The notes below the pieces were generated by a model. It had not been told where the DNA came from. It saw only the letters and a list, made by a program, of their open reading frames with translations, and ran no database searches. Positions 19,506 through 29,419 of a stretch of 64,000 nt of DNA are shown here, piece after piece. Source of the stretch: an uncultured Actinomycetes bacterium (GTDB lineage Bacteria; Actinomycetota; UBA4738; HRBIN12); assembly GCA_963816425.1 (NCBI GenBank), contig CAWFKP010000006.1, positions 747,787-811,786 of the forward strand. The letters run 5' to 3'. How positions within the stretch are numbered: position 1 is the stretch's first letter; the number at the start of each line of letters is the position of its first letter. The position numbers were made by a program, and so were the translations under genes.

Positions 19506-21752
19506 ATGAGAGGAACACCTGCCCGTATCCAGCGGGTCAGTGCCCTCATCGCGATCGAAGCCGTCGCGTGCGCGGTGGCGCTCGCGTTCGGTCGCATCCT
19601 GGAAGGGCGGGCGCCGACCTACCGGCTGCTGTGTGTTGGGCTCGTGTCCGGCGCCGTCGCCTGGGCGAGCGAGCGACGCGGGATGCTGATCGCGACGCTC
19701 CTCAGCGCGATCGGTCTCATCGTGGCGCTTGGCTGGATCGTCGCGTCGCGCACGCTGTGGCTCGGAGTGCCGACGCTCGAAACGGTGCACACGTTCGGCC
19801 AGCTCGCCACCCAGATCGGCGCACAGGCCCGCGAGTACGTGTCCCCGGCCCCGGCGACACCGGCGTTGCTGTTTGCGGGTGCGATCGCGGTCTGGGCGGC
19901 CATCTTCTCGTGCTACGCGCTCGCTTTCCGCGCGCAGAGTCCGCTGCTGGCGCTCGTCCCGCCACTCGCGTTGGTGGTGTTCGCCGACGGGGTCTTGGAC
20001 CAGTTCTCTCGACCGGCGTACGGCATCGGCTTCCTGGTCGCCGCGCTCGCCGTGCTGTTCGCGGATTCGTTGCGACGGTTGCGATCGTGGGGGCCGGTGT
20101 GGGGACAGGCCGGGGACGCCCGCGATCGGCTCTGGCCGGTGACGGGGCGGAACGCCCGACGTGTGGGGCTCACGGTGCTTGCGGCCGCGGTTGTCGCCCC
20201 GTGGGCGGTGCCAGGGTTCGGCAGCAACCTCGGTCTCGGTCTCTTCTCGGTCGACGGTGGCGGCGGTGGGATCGGGGTGAGCCCGTTCGCGTCGATCGGC
20301 GCGGTTCTCAACGATCCGTCGAGCTCGACCACTCCTGTGTTCACCATCCGGGCGACGCGTGGTTCGTACTGGCGGATGCTGTCCCTCGATCAGTTCGACG
20401 GCACGACGTGGGCGGCTACTCCCAGCGAAGGGGCGTCGATCCCACGGGGTGGCGTCATCCCCAGCCTTGCGCCGGGTGGACACGAGCTCACCCAGCACGT
20501 GACCGTCGAAGGCGATTTCACCTCCCCGTGGCTGATCGCGGCGGCCGAGCCGACTTCGATCCGCGTCCACGGGAGCGTCAGCTGGCACGCCGCGTCCTTG
20601 TCGGTACAGGTCGACCCGTGGCTCGATCCCGGCGACGGCTACGTCGTCACGTCCGTGCAGGACCTGCCGACCGATGACGACCTTCGGAGCCTGGGCATCC
20701 TCGCGCCGAATCCGGAACTGAGTGTGCTGCCGTCCGGCATCCCATCGGTGGTGGCCGAGACCGCGCACGCATGGGCGGACGGCCAGCCGACGACCTTCGA
20801 TGAAGTCATGTCGATCGAGCGGAACCTGCGGAGCCCGCCCTTCTACTACGACCCGACGGCGTCCTATCCCAACGACCCCCGGAGCTTTGCGGACGTCCTG
20901 ACCACGCACGCCGGGTTCTGTCAGCACTTCGCGAGCTTGATGGCTGTGATGCTTCGCGAGCTCGGTATCCCGGCGAGGGTCGCCTATGGATTCACCCCGG
21001 GGACGCACGCCGGAGACACTTGGACCGTGATGCTGTCGAACCTGCACACCTGGGTGGAGGCGTTGTTCCCGGGTTACGGCTGGCTTACGTTCGAGCCCAC
21101 ACCTGGTGGTGGTTTCGGCGACCCCTCGGCGGCCACGTACGACTCACTCACTCCCGTTCAAGATCTGGGGGAGGGCTGCAAGAAGCCGGGCGGGTGCGGT
21201 TTGGGCGGTGGGAGTATCACGCCGACCCCGTCGCCGACAGAAACTCTGACTCCCACCCAATCCGTGTCTGTAAACGGCGTCCAGGACGAAACCGGATCCG
21301 GACCGCAAGGCTCGAACGCCGGTTCCCGATCCGGCGGCGGGATCCGTTCGGCGCTCGGCGTCGCGCTTCTCCTCGTTGCCATCGCCGTCGGCGTCCCGCT
21401 CCTGCGCCAGGCGCGTCGCGAACACCGCATTCGAGCCGCACTCGACCCACGCAGCGCGATCTTGGTCACGTACGACATCTTCGTGGAGCGGGCGGGAGCT
21501 CTCGGGTGGCGCCGAAGACCGTACGAGACCGTCGATGAGTTCCGACGGCGGTTGGAGGGGCGGGGCCTGCTCGGGAAGGATCTGGATCCCGCGATGGCCG
21601 TCCTGGCGACCACGGTGGTGGAGGCGGCGTACGGGCGACGCGTGCCCGACGTGGACGACGCGATCGTCGTGGCGGCGAGCGCCTCCTCGGTCCTGGCGAG
21701 ACTCCGAGACGCGGCGTCGTGGCCTCGACGGCTCCTCGGCGCGTACCGCTGA
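19506..21752 (+). CDS. TgpA-like membrane transglutaminase-domain protein (DUF3488 + transglutaminase + DUF4129-like)
   Basis: Multiple TMs; YWRMLSLDQFDG; GFCQHFAS, GIPARVAYGF, HTWVEALFPGYGWLTFEPTP; promoter TTGACC-17-CACAAT. Confidence 0.88.
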   Translation: MRGTPARIQRVSALIAIEAVACAVALAFGRILEGRAPTYRLLCVGLVSGAVAWASERRGMLIATLLSAIGLIVALGWIVASRTLWLGVPTLETVHTFGQLATQIGAQAREYVSPAPATPALLFAGAIAVWAAIFSCYALAFRAQSPLLALVPPLALVVFADGVLDQFSRPAYGIGFLVAALAVLFADSLRRLRSWGPVWGQAGDARDRLWPVTGRNARRVGLTVLAAAVVAPWAVPGFGSNLGLGLFSVDGGGGGIGVSPFASIGAVLNDPSSSTTPVFTIRATRGSYWRMLSLDQFDGTTWAATPSEGASIPRGGVIPSLAPGGHELTQHVTVEGDFTSPWLIAAAEPTSIRVHGSVSWHAASLSVQVDPWLDPGDGYVVTSVQDLPTDDDLRSLGILAPNPELSVLPSGIPSVVAETAHAWADGQPTTFDEVMSIERNLRSPPFYYDPTASYPNDPRSFADVLTTHAGFCQHFASLMAVMLRELGIPARVAYGFTPGTHAGDTWTVMLSNLHTWVEALFPGYGWLTFEPTPGGGFGDPSAATYDSLTPVQDLGEGCKKPGGCGLGGGSITPTPSPTETLTPTQSVSVNGVQDETGSGPQGSNAGSRSGGGIRSALGVALLLVAIAVGVPLLRQARREHRIRAALDPRSAILVTYDIFVERAGALGWRRRPYETVDEFRRRLEGRGLLGKDLDPAMAVLATTVVEAAYGRRVPDVDDAIVVAASASSVLARLRDAASWPRRLLGAYR

Positions 21753-21778
21753 TCGCGAACCGACGGCGCGGGTCGGGA

Positions 21779-22069
21779 CTAAGAGTCGGTGACGGGTGGG
21801 ACGTCGATCACGATCCGCTCGGCCCGTCCACCGTCGAGTTCCCAGTCGCGCAACGCCTCGACGGCTTTGATCACGAGCGCGGCGCCGCCGAGCGCCTCGA
21901 GCCAGCGGAACAGCGGGTGCCGGCGCAACAGGGGGATGCGGAACAAGAGCGGCACCGAGATGATCACACCGGTCGCCAGCAACCGACGGAATCGCGCTCC
22001 CGCCGGCGACGCCAGGAACGCGCGCGCCTGATCCCGTGTCAGCACCACCTTCGGTCCGATCGTTCCCAT
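21779..22069 (-). CDS. Small hypothetical membrane protein
   Basis: 96-aa ORF with hydrophobic segments, preceded by a TAGACT -10-like box. Confidence 0.55.
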   Translation of the reverse strand: MGTIGPKVVLTRDQARAFLASPAGARFRRLLATGVIISVPLLFRIPLLRRHPLFRWLEALGGAALVIKAVEALRDWELDGGRAERIVIDVPPVTDS

Positions 22070-22334
22070 CGTCACCGAGTCTACGGTTGGCCGTCCGAAC
22101 GCGACTCGATCACGCATGGGAGCCTTCGGTCGTAGGTCGGTCGGCCACACCGGCAACTCGCACGGCCAACGTCCGAAGGCTCGGCCCCCCTCACCCGGCG
22201 TCGGCGTCCAGGCCCCGTCAGGGGGGCATGGATTGTGCCCAATCCGCCCGATTCCCAGGTGACTACAGCGGCGGATACTCCATCGAACAACGCCGGTACC
22301 TGGAGAGGCTGGCGGTCGGAGGAGAGGTAGCACG

Positions 22335-23858
22335 ATGAGGCGAACGTTCCGCAGATATGTTGGCTCGTCCCTCGTCGTCATGCTCGTGACGGCGGCCACG
22401 GCGCTGGTCATGGCCGCTCCGGCCGCGGCGACCGCCGCCTACGATCCCGCGGCCGACGTCAACTCGATGAACGGCACCACCGCCTACACCGGCGTCACGG
22501 ACTGGTGGGACGCGGGCCTCACCGGCGCGGGCGTCGACGTCGCCGTGATCGACACGGGCGTGCTGCCGGTCGCCGGTCTCGCGACGCCCGACAAGATCGT
22601 CTACGGCCCCGACCTTTCGCTCGACTCGCAGGATTCGGAGCTGCGCAACCTCGACGCGAACGGGCACGGAACGTTCATGGCCGGCATCATCGCCGGCAAC
22701 GGGGATTCGTTCCTCGGTGTCGCGCCCGACGCCCGGATCGTGAGCGTCAAAGTGGGCGCCGCCAACGGCAGCGTCGACGTGTCGCAGGTGATCGCGGCGA
22801 TCGACTGGGTCGTGCAGCACCGTCAGGACAACGGACTGAACATCCGGGTGCTCAACCTGTCGTACGGGACGGATTCCACGCAGCCCTACACGGTCGACCC
22901 GCTGGCTTTCGCCGTTGAGCAGGCGTGGAAGGCGGGCATCTTCGTGGTGGCCGCCACTGGCAACGAGGGCTACGTGTTCAAGACGGGCACGCTGACGAAC
23001 CCGGCCTTCGACCCGAAGATCTTCGCCGTCGGCGCCTCCGATTCGATGGGTACCGCCAGGATGGGCGACGACACGGTCGCTCCCTTCTCCTCCACCGGGA
23101 GCAACGCTCGCTACGTCGACGTCGTGGCGCCCGGCGCGCACATCGTCAGCCTGCGGGTGCCGGGCTCCTACATCGATCAGGCGTACGGATCGACCGGGTA
23201 CGTCAGCGACACGCTGTTCCGCGGCAGCGGCACGAGCGAGGCGGCCGCCTTCACGTCGGGCGAGGCAGCGCTCGTGATCGAGCAGCGTCCCGCGATCACT
23301 CCCGACAAGCTCAAGAAGCTGTTCCTGAGCAACACACGCTCCCTCAGCGGCTACTCCTCGATCCAACAGGGCCAGGGCCTGGTCGACATGTCGGCGATGC
23401 TGAGCGCCCGCGCGTGCAACGCCCCGAAACAGTGGAACACGATCGCCTGGTCGACGGGGACCGGCTCGCTCGAGCTCTCCCGCGGCACCGAACATCTGAC
23501 GGACGGGGGCCTGCCACTCATCGGTGAGGTCGACATCTTCGGAAACGAGTTCGACTCGCGGGAGATGGCGGCCTCGGAGGCATCGCAGTCGTCCTGGGCT
23601 GAGGGTGACTGGAACGGCAGCACATGGAGCGGGAGCACATGGTCGGGCAGCACCTGGAGCGGGAGCACATGGAGCGGCAATACGTGGAGTGGAAGCACCT
23701 GGAGCGGCAATGCGTGGAGTGGAAGCACGTGGTCCGGCAACACCTGGAGCGGGAGCACGTGGTCCGGCAACACCTGGAGCGGGAGCACGTGGTCGGGCAA
23801 CACCTGGAGCGGCAACAGTTGGTCGGGCAACTCCTGGTTGGGCGCGACCTGGCGCTGA
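22335..23858 (+). CDS. Secreted S8 (subtilisin-like) serine peptidase with C-terminal WSGxT repeat tail
   Basis: Signal peptide; catalytic triad VIDTG / HGTFMAG / GTSEAA; oxyanion-hole GNEG; SD GGAGAGG. Confidence 0.93.
   Translation: MRRTFRRYVGSSLVVMLVTAATALVMAAPAAATAAYDPAADVNSMNGTTAYTGVTDWWDAGLTGAGVDVAVIDTGVLPVAGLATPDKIVYGPDLSLDSQDSELRNLDANGHGTFMAGIIAGNGDSFLGVAPDARIVSVKVGAANGSVDVSQVIAAIDWVVQHRQDNGLNIRVLNLSYGTDSTQPYTVDPLAFAVEQAWKAGIFVVAATGNEGYVFKTGTLTNPAFDPKIFAVGASDSMGTARMGDDTVAPFSSTGSNARYVDVVAPGAHIVSLRVPGSYIDQAYGSTGYVSDTLFRGSGTSEAAAFTSGEAALVIEQRPAITPDKLKKLFLSNTRSLSGYSSIQQGQGLVDMSAMLSARACNAPKQWNTIAWSTGTGSLELSRGTEHLTDGGLPLIGEVDIFGNEFDSREMAASEASQSSWAEGDWNGSTWSGSTWSGSTWSGSTWSGNTWSGSTWSGNAWSGSTWSGNTWSGSTWSGNTWSGSTWSGNTWSGNSWSGNSWLGATWR
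23610..23855 (+). repeat. About 16 tandem 15-bp coding repeats encoding W-S-G-[S/N]-[T/S/A]
   Basis: TGG AGC/TCG GGN AGC/AAC ACN units with synonymous variation. Confidence 0.95.
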
Positions 23859-23884
23859 TCGCGACGCGAGGCGCAGGCGGAAGG

Positions 23885-26527
23885 ATGCAGATGGGAGCCG
23901 TGGTCTCGACGAGGGATCGACGAGCATCGATCCTCGGCTCGGGGGTCGTGCGCGTCTGGTGCTTCATCTCGGTCATCGCACTCGCGTCCGCAGGGGTCTG
24001 GGCGTACAACCTGTCGCACTTCGGCTCGCTGCGCACACCGGGGGCGAACGCGCTCCCGTGGCCCCTGCTCGCCATCGTCTTCTACCTCGCGGAGACATAC
24101 GTCGTGCACCTGCAGTTCCGCAAGCAGGCCCACACGCTCTCGGCCTCGGAGATCGGTCTGACCCTCGGCCTGTTCTTCGTGTCGCCGATCGGTCTGCTGG
24201 TGGCGCAGCTGGTGGGCACGGGTGTCGCGATCGTCGTGCATCGGCGGCAGAAGGCGATCAAGCTCTGGTTCAACCTGGCCGAGGTCTCGCTTGCCTGCGG
24301 CCTCGGGCTGCTGGTGTTCCGGTCCCTCGTGGACGGGGGCAGCATGGGTCCCCAGGCGTGGGCGGCCGCCTTGCTCGCGGCCGCCGTGGCGCATACGTGC
24401 GGCGTCCTGTTGGTGACGGCCGTGATCTCGGTCGCCGAGGGGCGCCTGGTCGCGCCGCAGTTGCCGCGCACGCTGGCCGTGTCGCTCGTCGGCGCGCTGT
24501 CGGCGTGCTGTCTCGGTCTCCTCGTGGTCGAGCTGGTCGTGAAGGATCCGCCGGCGCTGCTGTTGGTGGCCCTTCCGTTGCTCGCGTGCGGGGTCTCGTT
24601 CCGCGCCTACATGATGCAGCGGGAGCAACGGGAGCGCGTCGAATTCCTCTACGAGTCGATGCGCGCGACCCAGGGCGCACCCGAGTTCGGGCTCGCGGTC
24701 GGCGAGCTGTTGGTGGCGGCACGGCGGCTCCTGCGCGCGGAGTACGCGGAGATCCTCCTCCTGTCGCCGATCGCCGGTGAGCCGGCGCTGCGCAGCACGA
24801 GCGGACCCGAGGGCGAAGTGCTGATGCGGCGGGAGAGCCTGACGCGCGGCGACGACCTCGCGCTCGAGGTGGCGTCCGGCGCCCCGCGCCCGGTGTTGTT
24901 GCCGCGACGCCGCGCCCCACACCCGCTTGACAGGCTGCTCACGTCGCGCGGCCTCGACGACGCGATCGTCTGCACGCTGAACGATGAGGATCGGGTGTTC
25001 GGTCTCATGCTCGTCGGCGACCGGGTCGGGGACGTCAGCACGTTCGCCGACGAGGACCTCGGCCTGTGCGAGACGTTCGCCGGCCACGCGAGCGTGCTGC
25101 TGGAGAATGGTCGACTCGAGCGTTCGCTCGCCCAGGTGACCGAGCTCACCGAAGAGCTTCACCACCAGGCCTACACGGATGCGCTGACCCAACTCCCGAA
25201 CCGGTTGCTGTTCGCCGAGCGTCTGGGCGAGACGCTCGAGGGCGGCGATCGGCGCACGCACGCGGTGCTGTTCCTCGACCTCGATCGATTCAAGGTCGTG
25301 AACGACAGCTGGGGGCACGCCGCCGGCGACGAGCTCCTCGTGCAGGTCGCGCAACGGATCCAGGGCGCCGTCCGGCCGCAGGACACCCCCGCCCGCCTGG
25401 GCGGCGACGAGTTCGCGGTCCTGATGCGCGACACGGATGCCGCCGGCGCGATCCGCGCCACCGAGCGGTTGATCGATCTCATCAACGCCCCGATCTCTCT
25501 GTCCTCCGGCCACCAGGCGACGGTGCACGCGAGCGTCGGCGTCGCCGTCACCGGCCCCGATGCCTCGACCCCCGAGGAGTTGCTTCGCAACGCCGACCTG
25601 GCGATGTACACGGCCAAGACCGAGGAGCGCGCATACGCGCTCTTCGAGCCCGCCCTGCACCATCGCATCCGCGATCGCCGTTCGCTCGCCCTGGAGCTCG
25701 AGCAGGCCGCGGAGCGAGGCGAGTTCGTTGCGTACTACCAGCCGGTGGTCTCGCTGGTCGACGGCACGATCCAGGCCTTCGAGGCGCTCGCCCGCTGGCA
25801 GCACCCCGAGCGGGGGCTGCTCGAGCCGGCCGAGTTCCTGAGCGTGGCGGAGGAGACCGGACTGATCTTCGAGGTCGGCGCCAGCGTTCGGACCCAGGCG
25901 CTGCGGTCCGCCGGGCGCTGGCCCGACGCGCATCCGGAGGCCGGCAACCTCGGCCTCTGGCTCAACGTGGCCCCCGGTGAGCTCACCGACGATCGGCTGG
26001 TGGAGGACCTGGCGCTCGCGATGACGCGCTCGCACGTCGACGCCCGACGGGTCACGGTCGAGATCACGGAGTCAACCGTCATCCGGGATGAATCCGGCGC
26101 CTTGCGCGCGATGCATCGGCTGCGCGACCTGGGGTTGCAGTTGTCGATCGATGACTTCGGCACGGGCTACTCGTCGCTGTCGCGTCTCGCGGAGTTCCCC
26201 ATCGAGCTCCTGAAGATTCCGAAGCCCTTCGTCGACCGTCTCGTGGGGGCGGACGCCGACCAGACCTTCGTCGATGCCATCCTGCGGCTCGCGGGATCCC
26301 TCGGTCTCGTCTCGACCAGCGAGGGCGTCGAGCACGTGGGGCAGGCGCGCGCGTTGCGCGACCTCGGGTGCGGGCTCGCACAGGGCTTCCTGTTCGCCGA
26401 GCCCATGACCGGCGAGAGCGTGTTCCGCCTGTTGCGAAGCAGTGCCGCCCATCGTGGCGCGCCCACGCTTCCCGCCGCGCGCTCGTTCGCGCGCTCGTAC
26501 GAGCCGTCCGCCGTCGCGTCGTCCTAG
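23885..26527 (+). CDS. Membrane-sensor diguanylate cyclase/phosphodiesterase (multi-TM + GAF-like + GGDEF + EAL)
   Basis: About 7 TMs; DALTQLPNR, RLGGDEF, FEALARW, IDDFGTGYSSL, QGFLF. Confidence 0.93.
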   Translation: MQMGAVVSTRDRRASILGSGVVRVWCFISVIALASAGVWAYNLSHFGSLRTPGANALPWPLLAIVFYLAETYVVHLQFRKQAHTLSASEIGLTLGLFFVSPIGLLVAQLVGTGVAIVVHRRQKAIKLWFNLAEVSLACGLGLLVFRSLVDGGSMGPQAWAAALLAAAVAHTCGVLLVTAVISVAEGRLVAPQLPRTLAVSLVGALSACCLGLLVVELVVKDPPALLLVALPLLACGVSFRAYMMQREQRERVEFLYESMRATQGAPEFGLAVGELLVAARRLLRAEYAEILLLSPIAGEPALRSTSGPEGEVLMRRESLTRGDDLALEVASGAPRPVLLPRRRAPHPLDRLLTSRGLDDAIVCTLNDEDRVFGLMLVGDRVGDVSTFADEDLGLCETFAGHASVLLENGRLERSLAQVTELTEELHHQAYTDALTQLPNRLLFAERLGETLEGGDRRTHAVLFLDLDRFKVVNDSWGHAAGDELLVQVAQRIQGAVRPQDTPARLGGDEFAVLMRDTDAAGAIRATERLIDLINAPISLSSGHQATVHASVGVAVTGPDASTPEELLRNADLAMYTAKTEERAYALFEPALHHRIRDRRSLALELEQAAERGEFVAYYQPVVSLVDGTIQAFEALARWQHPERGLLEPAEFLSVAEETGLIFEVGASVRTQALRSAGRWPDAHPEAGNLGLWLNVAPGELTDDRLVEDLALAMTRSHVDARRVTVEITESTVIRDESGALRAMHRLRDLGLQLSIDDFGTGYSSLSRLAEFPIELLKIPKPFVDRLVGADADQTFVDAILRLAGSLGLVSTSEGVEHVGQARALRDLGCGLAQGFLFAEPMTGESVFRLLRSSAAHRGAPTLPAARSFARSYEPSAVASS

Positions 26528-29334
26528 CCGGTCGTCACGCTCAGCTGCGGACGGGTCCCGATCGCGCCCTCACGAGATCCGAAGTCTGCGCCGTCGGCGT
26601 TCGCGGTCACGATGCGCAGCGTGTACGTGCCGTCGCCGTGGATGATCGACGAGAGATCGATCGCGTAGGTGGTGCCGGCGACGACCTTGCCGAGGGTCGC
26701 GACCGTTGCGCCCGCGGCCGGAGCCGTGTTCCAGGTGACCGTGCTCTCCGTCCAGTCGTTCGAGGCGGCCACCGTGAACACGCCGCCGCTCGGCGAGCCG
26801 TCGATGCACGACACCCGGAGGCTCGCCGCCGTCACCGTCCGGGTGCCGACGCCGCTCACGGTGAAGCGGATGAGGTACTGCTTCACCGGGCTGTTGTCGG
26901 TCTCGAGCTTCACCGAGGCGCCATAGTTCGTCGTCGGAGACGCCGCGTAGATCGACGCGTCGGCGTCGGGGGCGAACGTGAGGACCGACGCCTGCGGCAC
27001 CGTCGCCTGTGCGGGCGATGACATCGGCGACGGGTTGCCGGCCGTGTCGTATGCAGAGACCGTGTACGTGTATGTGGCGCCCGAGGCGACGGAGGGATCC
27101 GAGAACGTGGTGGCGGCGGTCGAGGCCACGTACAGACCGTCCCGGAAGACCGCGTAGTTCCGGATGCCGGCGTCGTCGGTGCTGGCGGTCCACGACAGGT
27201 CGACCCGCCCCGGCGTCGTGGTCGTGGCGACCAACGCGGTCGGTTGGCTCGGCGCCATCCGGTCGGCGACGGGGGGCGCGCCGGCGACGATCGCGAAGGA
27301 GTCCTGCAGGGTGCCGTCGATCTTCGTGAACGCGGCGTCGATGCGATCGGCCGTGACGGTGTACTGCATGAAGCCGTGGCTCGAGGTATCGAGCTTCACG
27401 AAGTAGGGCGACTCCGGATCGGCGGGGTAGGTGTTGTACAGGCCCTGACCGAACGTGCCGGCGATCACGTCGACCGAGCCCGCTCCCTTCGGATAGACGC
27501 CGTCGAGGCCGTCGTCGGTCACGCACCCGGCGATGTAGCCGGTCCCGGGGATGCTCGGACACGTCGTGGGATCGAGCGCCAGCTGCTTGCTCCGTTGGTA
27601 GCTGTGCTCGTGGCCGTGCAGGATCAGGTCGACGTGCTTGGCCACGAGCAGGTTCATCAGCTGTGGACCGGTCGCGCACGTGTACTGGCCGGCGGACAGG
27701 CACGGGAAATGCATCCCGACGATCACCCACGGGATCCCGGCGGCGTGGGCGGCATCGATCGTGCTGGCGAGCCAGTCGTAATGCGGGTTGCCCGGCACGT
27801 AGTGGTAGTTGGTGCCGGCCACGGTCAGCTCCGGCGAGAGCATGATGAATCGCGCGAGCGGTGCGCCGGCCGGGTAGTCGAACGCGTACTCGGCGCCGTA
27901 GACCGAGCCGGGCCCGATCGACGCCCCGAGGCGATCGGGCAGGCAGGCGGCGTGGTTCAGGATCGAGCCGTTCGCACCGACGTCGTCCTCGTGGTTGCCG
28001 GATACGACCTCGAACGGGAACCCCATGCCCTTGGTCGGCAGGCCGGCGTGCACGTAGTCACACCACGCGGCGTCGGTGAGCGTCTGGTCGTAGTCCATGT
28101 CGCCGAGCGCCAGGTAGAACGCGGCCGGCGAGGCGTCCAAGGCGGCGAGGCTCGCCGCCGCCTTCGGGTTCGCACCGTGATCGCCGGCGGCCGCGAACGT
28201 GAAACTGCTTGGCGCGGTGGGTGTCGTCGCCGTCACCGTCACCGACGCCGACCGGTTGCCCGACGGGTCGATCGCAATCACCGCATACACCACCGTGCTT
28301 CCCTGCGGAGCGGTCGTGTCGATGTACCCGGGCACCGCGACGTCGCCCTGGACGATGCCGTCGCGCTGGACCTCGTAGGTCGCCACGGCCATATCGTCGG
28401 TCGAGCCCGTCCAGGACAGGGTGACCCGTCGAGGTCCCTCGACCGTCGCCAGGAGATCCGACGGCGGGCTGGGTGGGGTTATGTCCGTCGCGTTCGCCAC
28501 CGTCACGGCAACGGGGCCGGATGTCGCCGCGTGACCGGCCGCGTCGTGGGCGATCGCGGTGATCGTGTGGATGCCATTGGCCGCGAGGAGGGTGTTCCAG
28601 CTCACCGCGTACGGCTCGCTCGTGTCCGATCCGATCACCGCTCCGTCGACGGCGACATCGACCGCGGTCACGGCGGTGTCGTCGTGTGCGGTGGCCTCGA
28701 TCGGCACCGTGCCGGCGACCGTCGAGCCGGCTGCGGGGCCGGTCATCGACACGGTGGGCGCCGTGATGTCGGGCGGAGGGGCCGCCGTGACGACGATCTG
28801 GGGCCGCTGTGTGGCCGTCCCTTCGCGAGACGCGTAGTCCACGCCGTCGGCCGAGCTCGAGGTGATCCGGACGGAGTACGTGCCGTCGCCTGCGACGATC
28901 GGGGTCAGGTTGAAGCTCACCCACGACCCCACGACTGCCTTGCCGGCGGGGGAGGAGATCGGTGTCGGGTCGGCGGCGGGCGCGTTCGTCCACGTCGCGT
29001 TCTCGCTCCAGGTCTGTGAAGCCACCTTGTAGGCGGTGCCCGCGACGGGCGAGGGGTTCGTCACGTAGAGCCGAAGGCTCGCGGCGGCCACGATGTCGGT
29101 CCCCACGCCGCTGACCGAGAAGCGAAGCAACGTGTGTTCGGTGGGTGTGTTGTCGGCGGTGAACGAGGTGGTTGTGCCGTAGGAGCGGGTGGGCTTGTCC
29201 GAACGGACCGTCGTGTCCGCGACCGCCCCGAACGTCAGGGTGCGGGTCGAGCCCGACGCGGCGGCGGCGGACAGGAGCGTTGCGAGCAGCGCGACGACGG
29301 CGATGCATACGGGGAAGCGACACGCGGACCGCAT
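26524..29334 (-). CDS. Secreted modular purple-acid-phosphatase-like metallophosphoesterase (DNRLRE/CBM96-like + Ig + Fn3 + PAP + Fn3 + DNRLRE-like)
   Basis: GDHG, GDMDY, GNHE, VGMH, GHEH motifs; related terminal domains (AD..V/I...P...YG...WSE...TW...P...SRE...RPQ). Confidence 0.8.
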   Translation of the reverse strand: MRSACRFPVCIAVVALLATLLSAAAASGSTRTLTFGAVADTTVRSDKPTRSYGTTTSFTADNTPTEHTLLRFSVSGVGTDIVAAASLRLYVTNPSPVAGTAYKVASQTWSENATWTNAPAADPTPISSPAGKAVVGSWVSFNLTPIVAGDGTYSVRITSSSADGVDYASREGTATQRPQIVVTAAPPPDITAPTVSMTGPAAGSTVAGTVPIEATAHDDTAVTAVDVAVDGAVIGSDTSEPYAVSWNTLLAANGIHTITAIAHDAAGHAATSGPVAVTVANATDITPPSPPSDLLATVEGPRRVTLSWTGSTDDMAVATYEVQRDGIVQGDVAVPGYIDTTAPQGSTVVYAVIAIDPSGNRSASVTVTATTPTAPSSFTFAAAGDHGANPKAAASLAALDASPAAFYLALGDMDYDQTLTDAAWCDYVHAGLPTKGMGFPFEVVSGNHEDDVGANGSILNHAACLPDRLGASIGPGSVYGAEYAFDYPAGAPLARFIMLSPELTVAGTNYHYVPGNPHYDWLASTIDAAHAAGIPWVIVGMHFPCLSAGQYTCATGPQLMNLLVAKHVDLILHGHEHSYQRSKQLALDPTTCPSIPGTGYIAGCVTDDGLDGVYPKGAGSVDVIAGTFGQGLYNTYPADPESPYFVKLDTSSHGFMQYTVTADRIDAAFTKIDGTLQDSFAIVAGAPPVADRMAPSQPTALVATTTTPGRVDLSWTASTDDAGIRNYAVFRDGLYVASTAATTFSDPSVASGATYTYTVSAYDTAGNPSPMSSPAQATVPQASVLTFAPDADASIYAASPTTNYGASVKLETDNSPVKQYLIRFTVSGVGTRTVTAASLRVSCIDGSPSGGVFTVAASNDWTESTVTWNTAPAAGATVATLGKVVAGTTYAIDLSSIIHGDGTYTLRIVTANADGADFGSREGAIGTRPQLSVTTG

Positions 29335-29419
29335 CGGAGCTCCCCCTCCCCCATCGGGCCTACGGACGTTGACGCGCCACCCTATCCCTGCGACGCAACC
29401 GACGCAACGAGGCGCCCGT

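Noticed and set aside
23610-23855. Tandem repeats as a CRISPR array or non-coding VNTR
   Set aside because: The 15-bp units have no spacers, stay in frame and vary at synonymous positions; no cas genes are present
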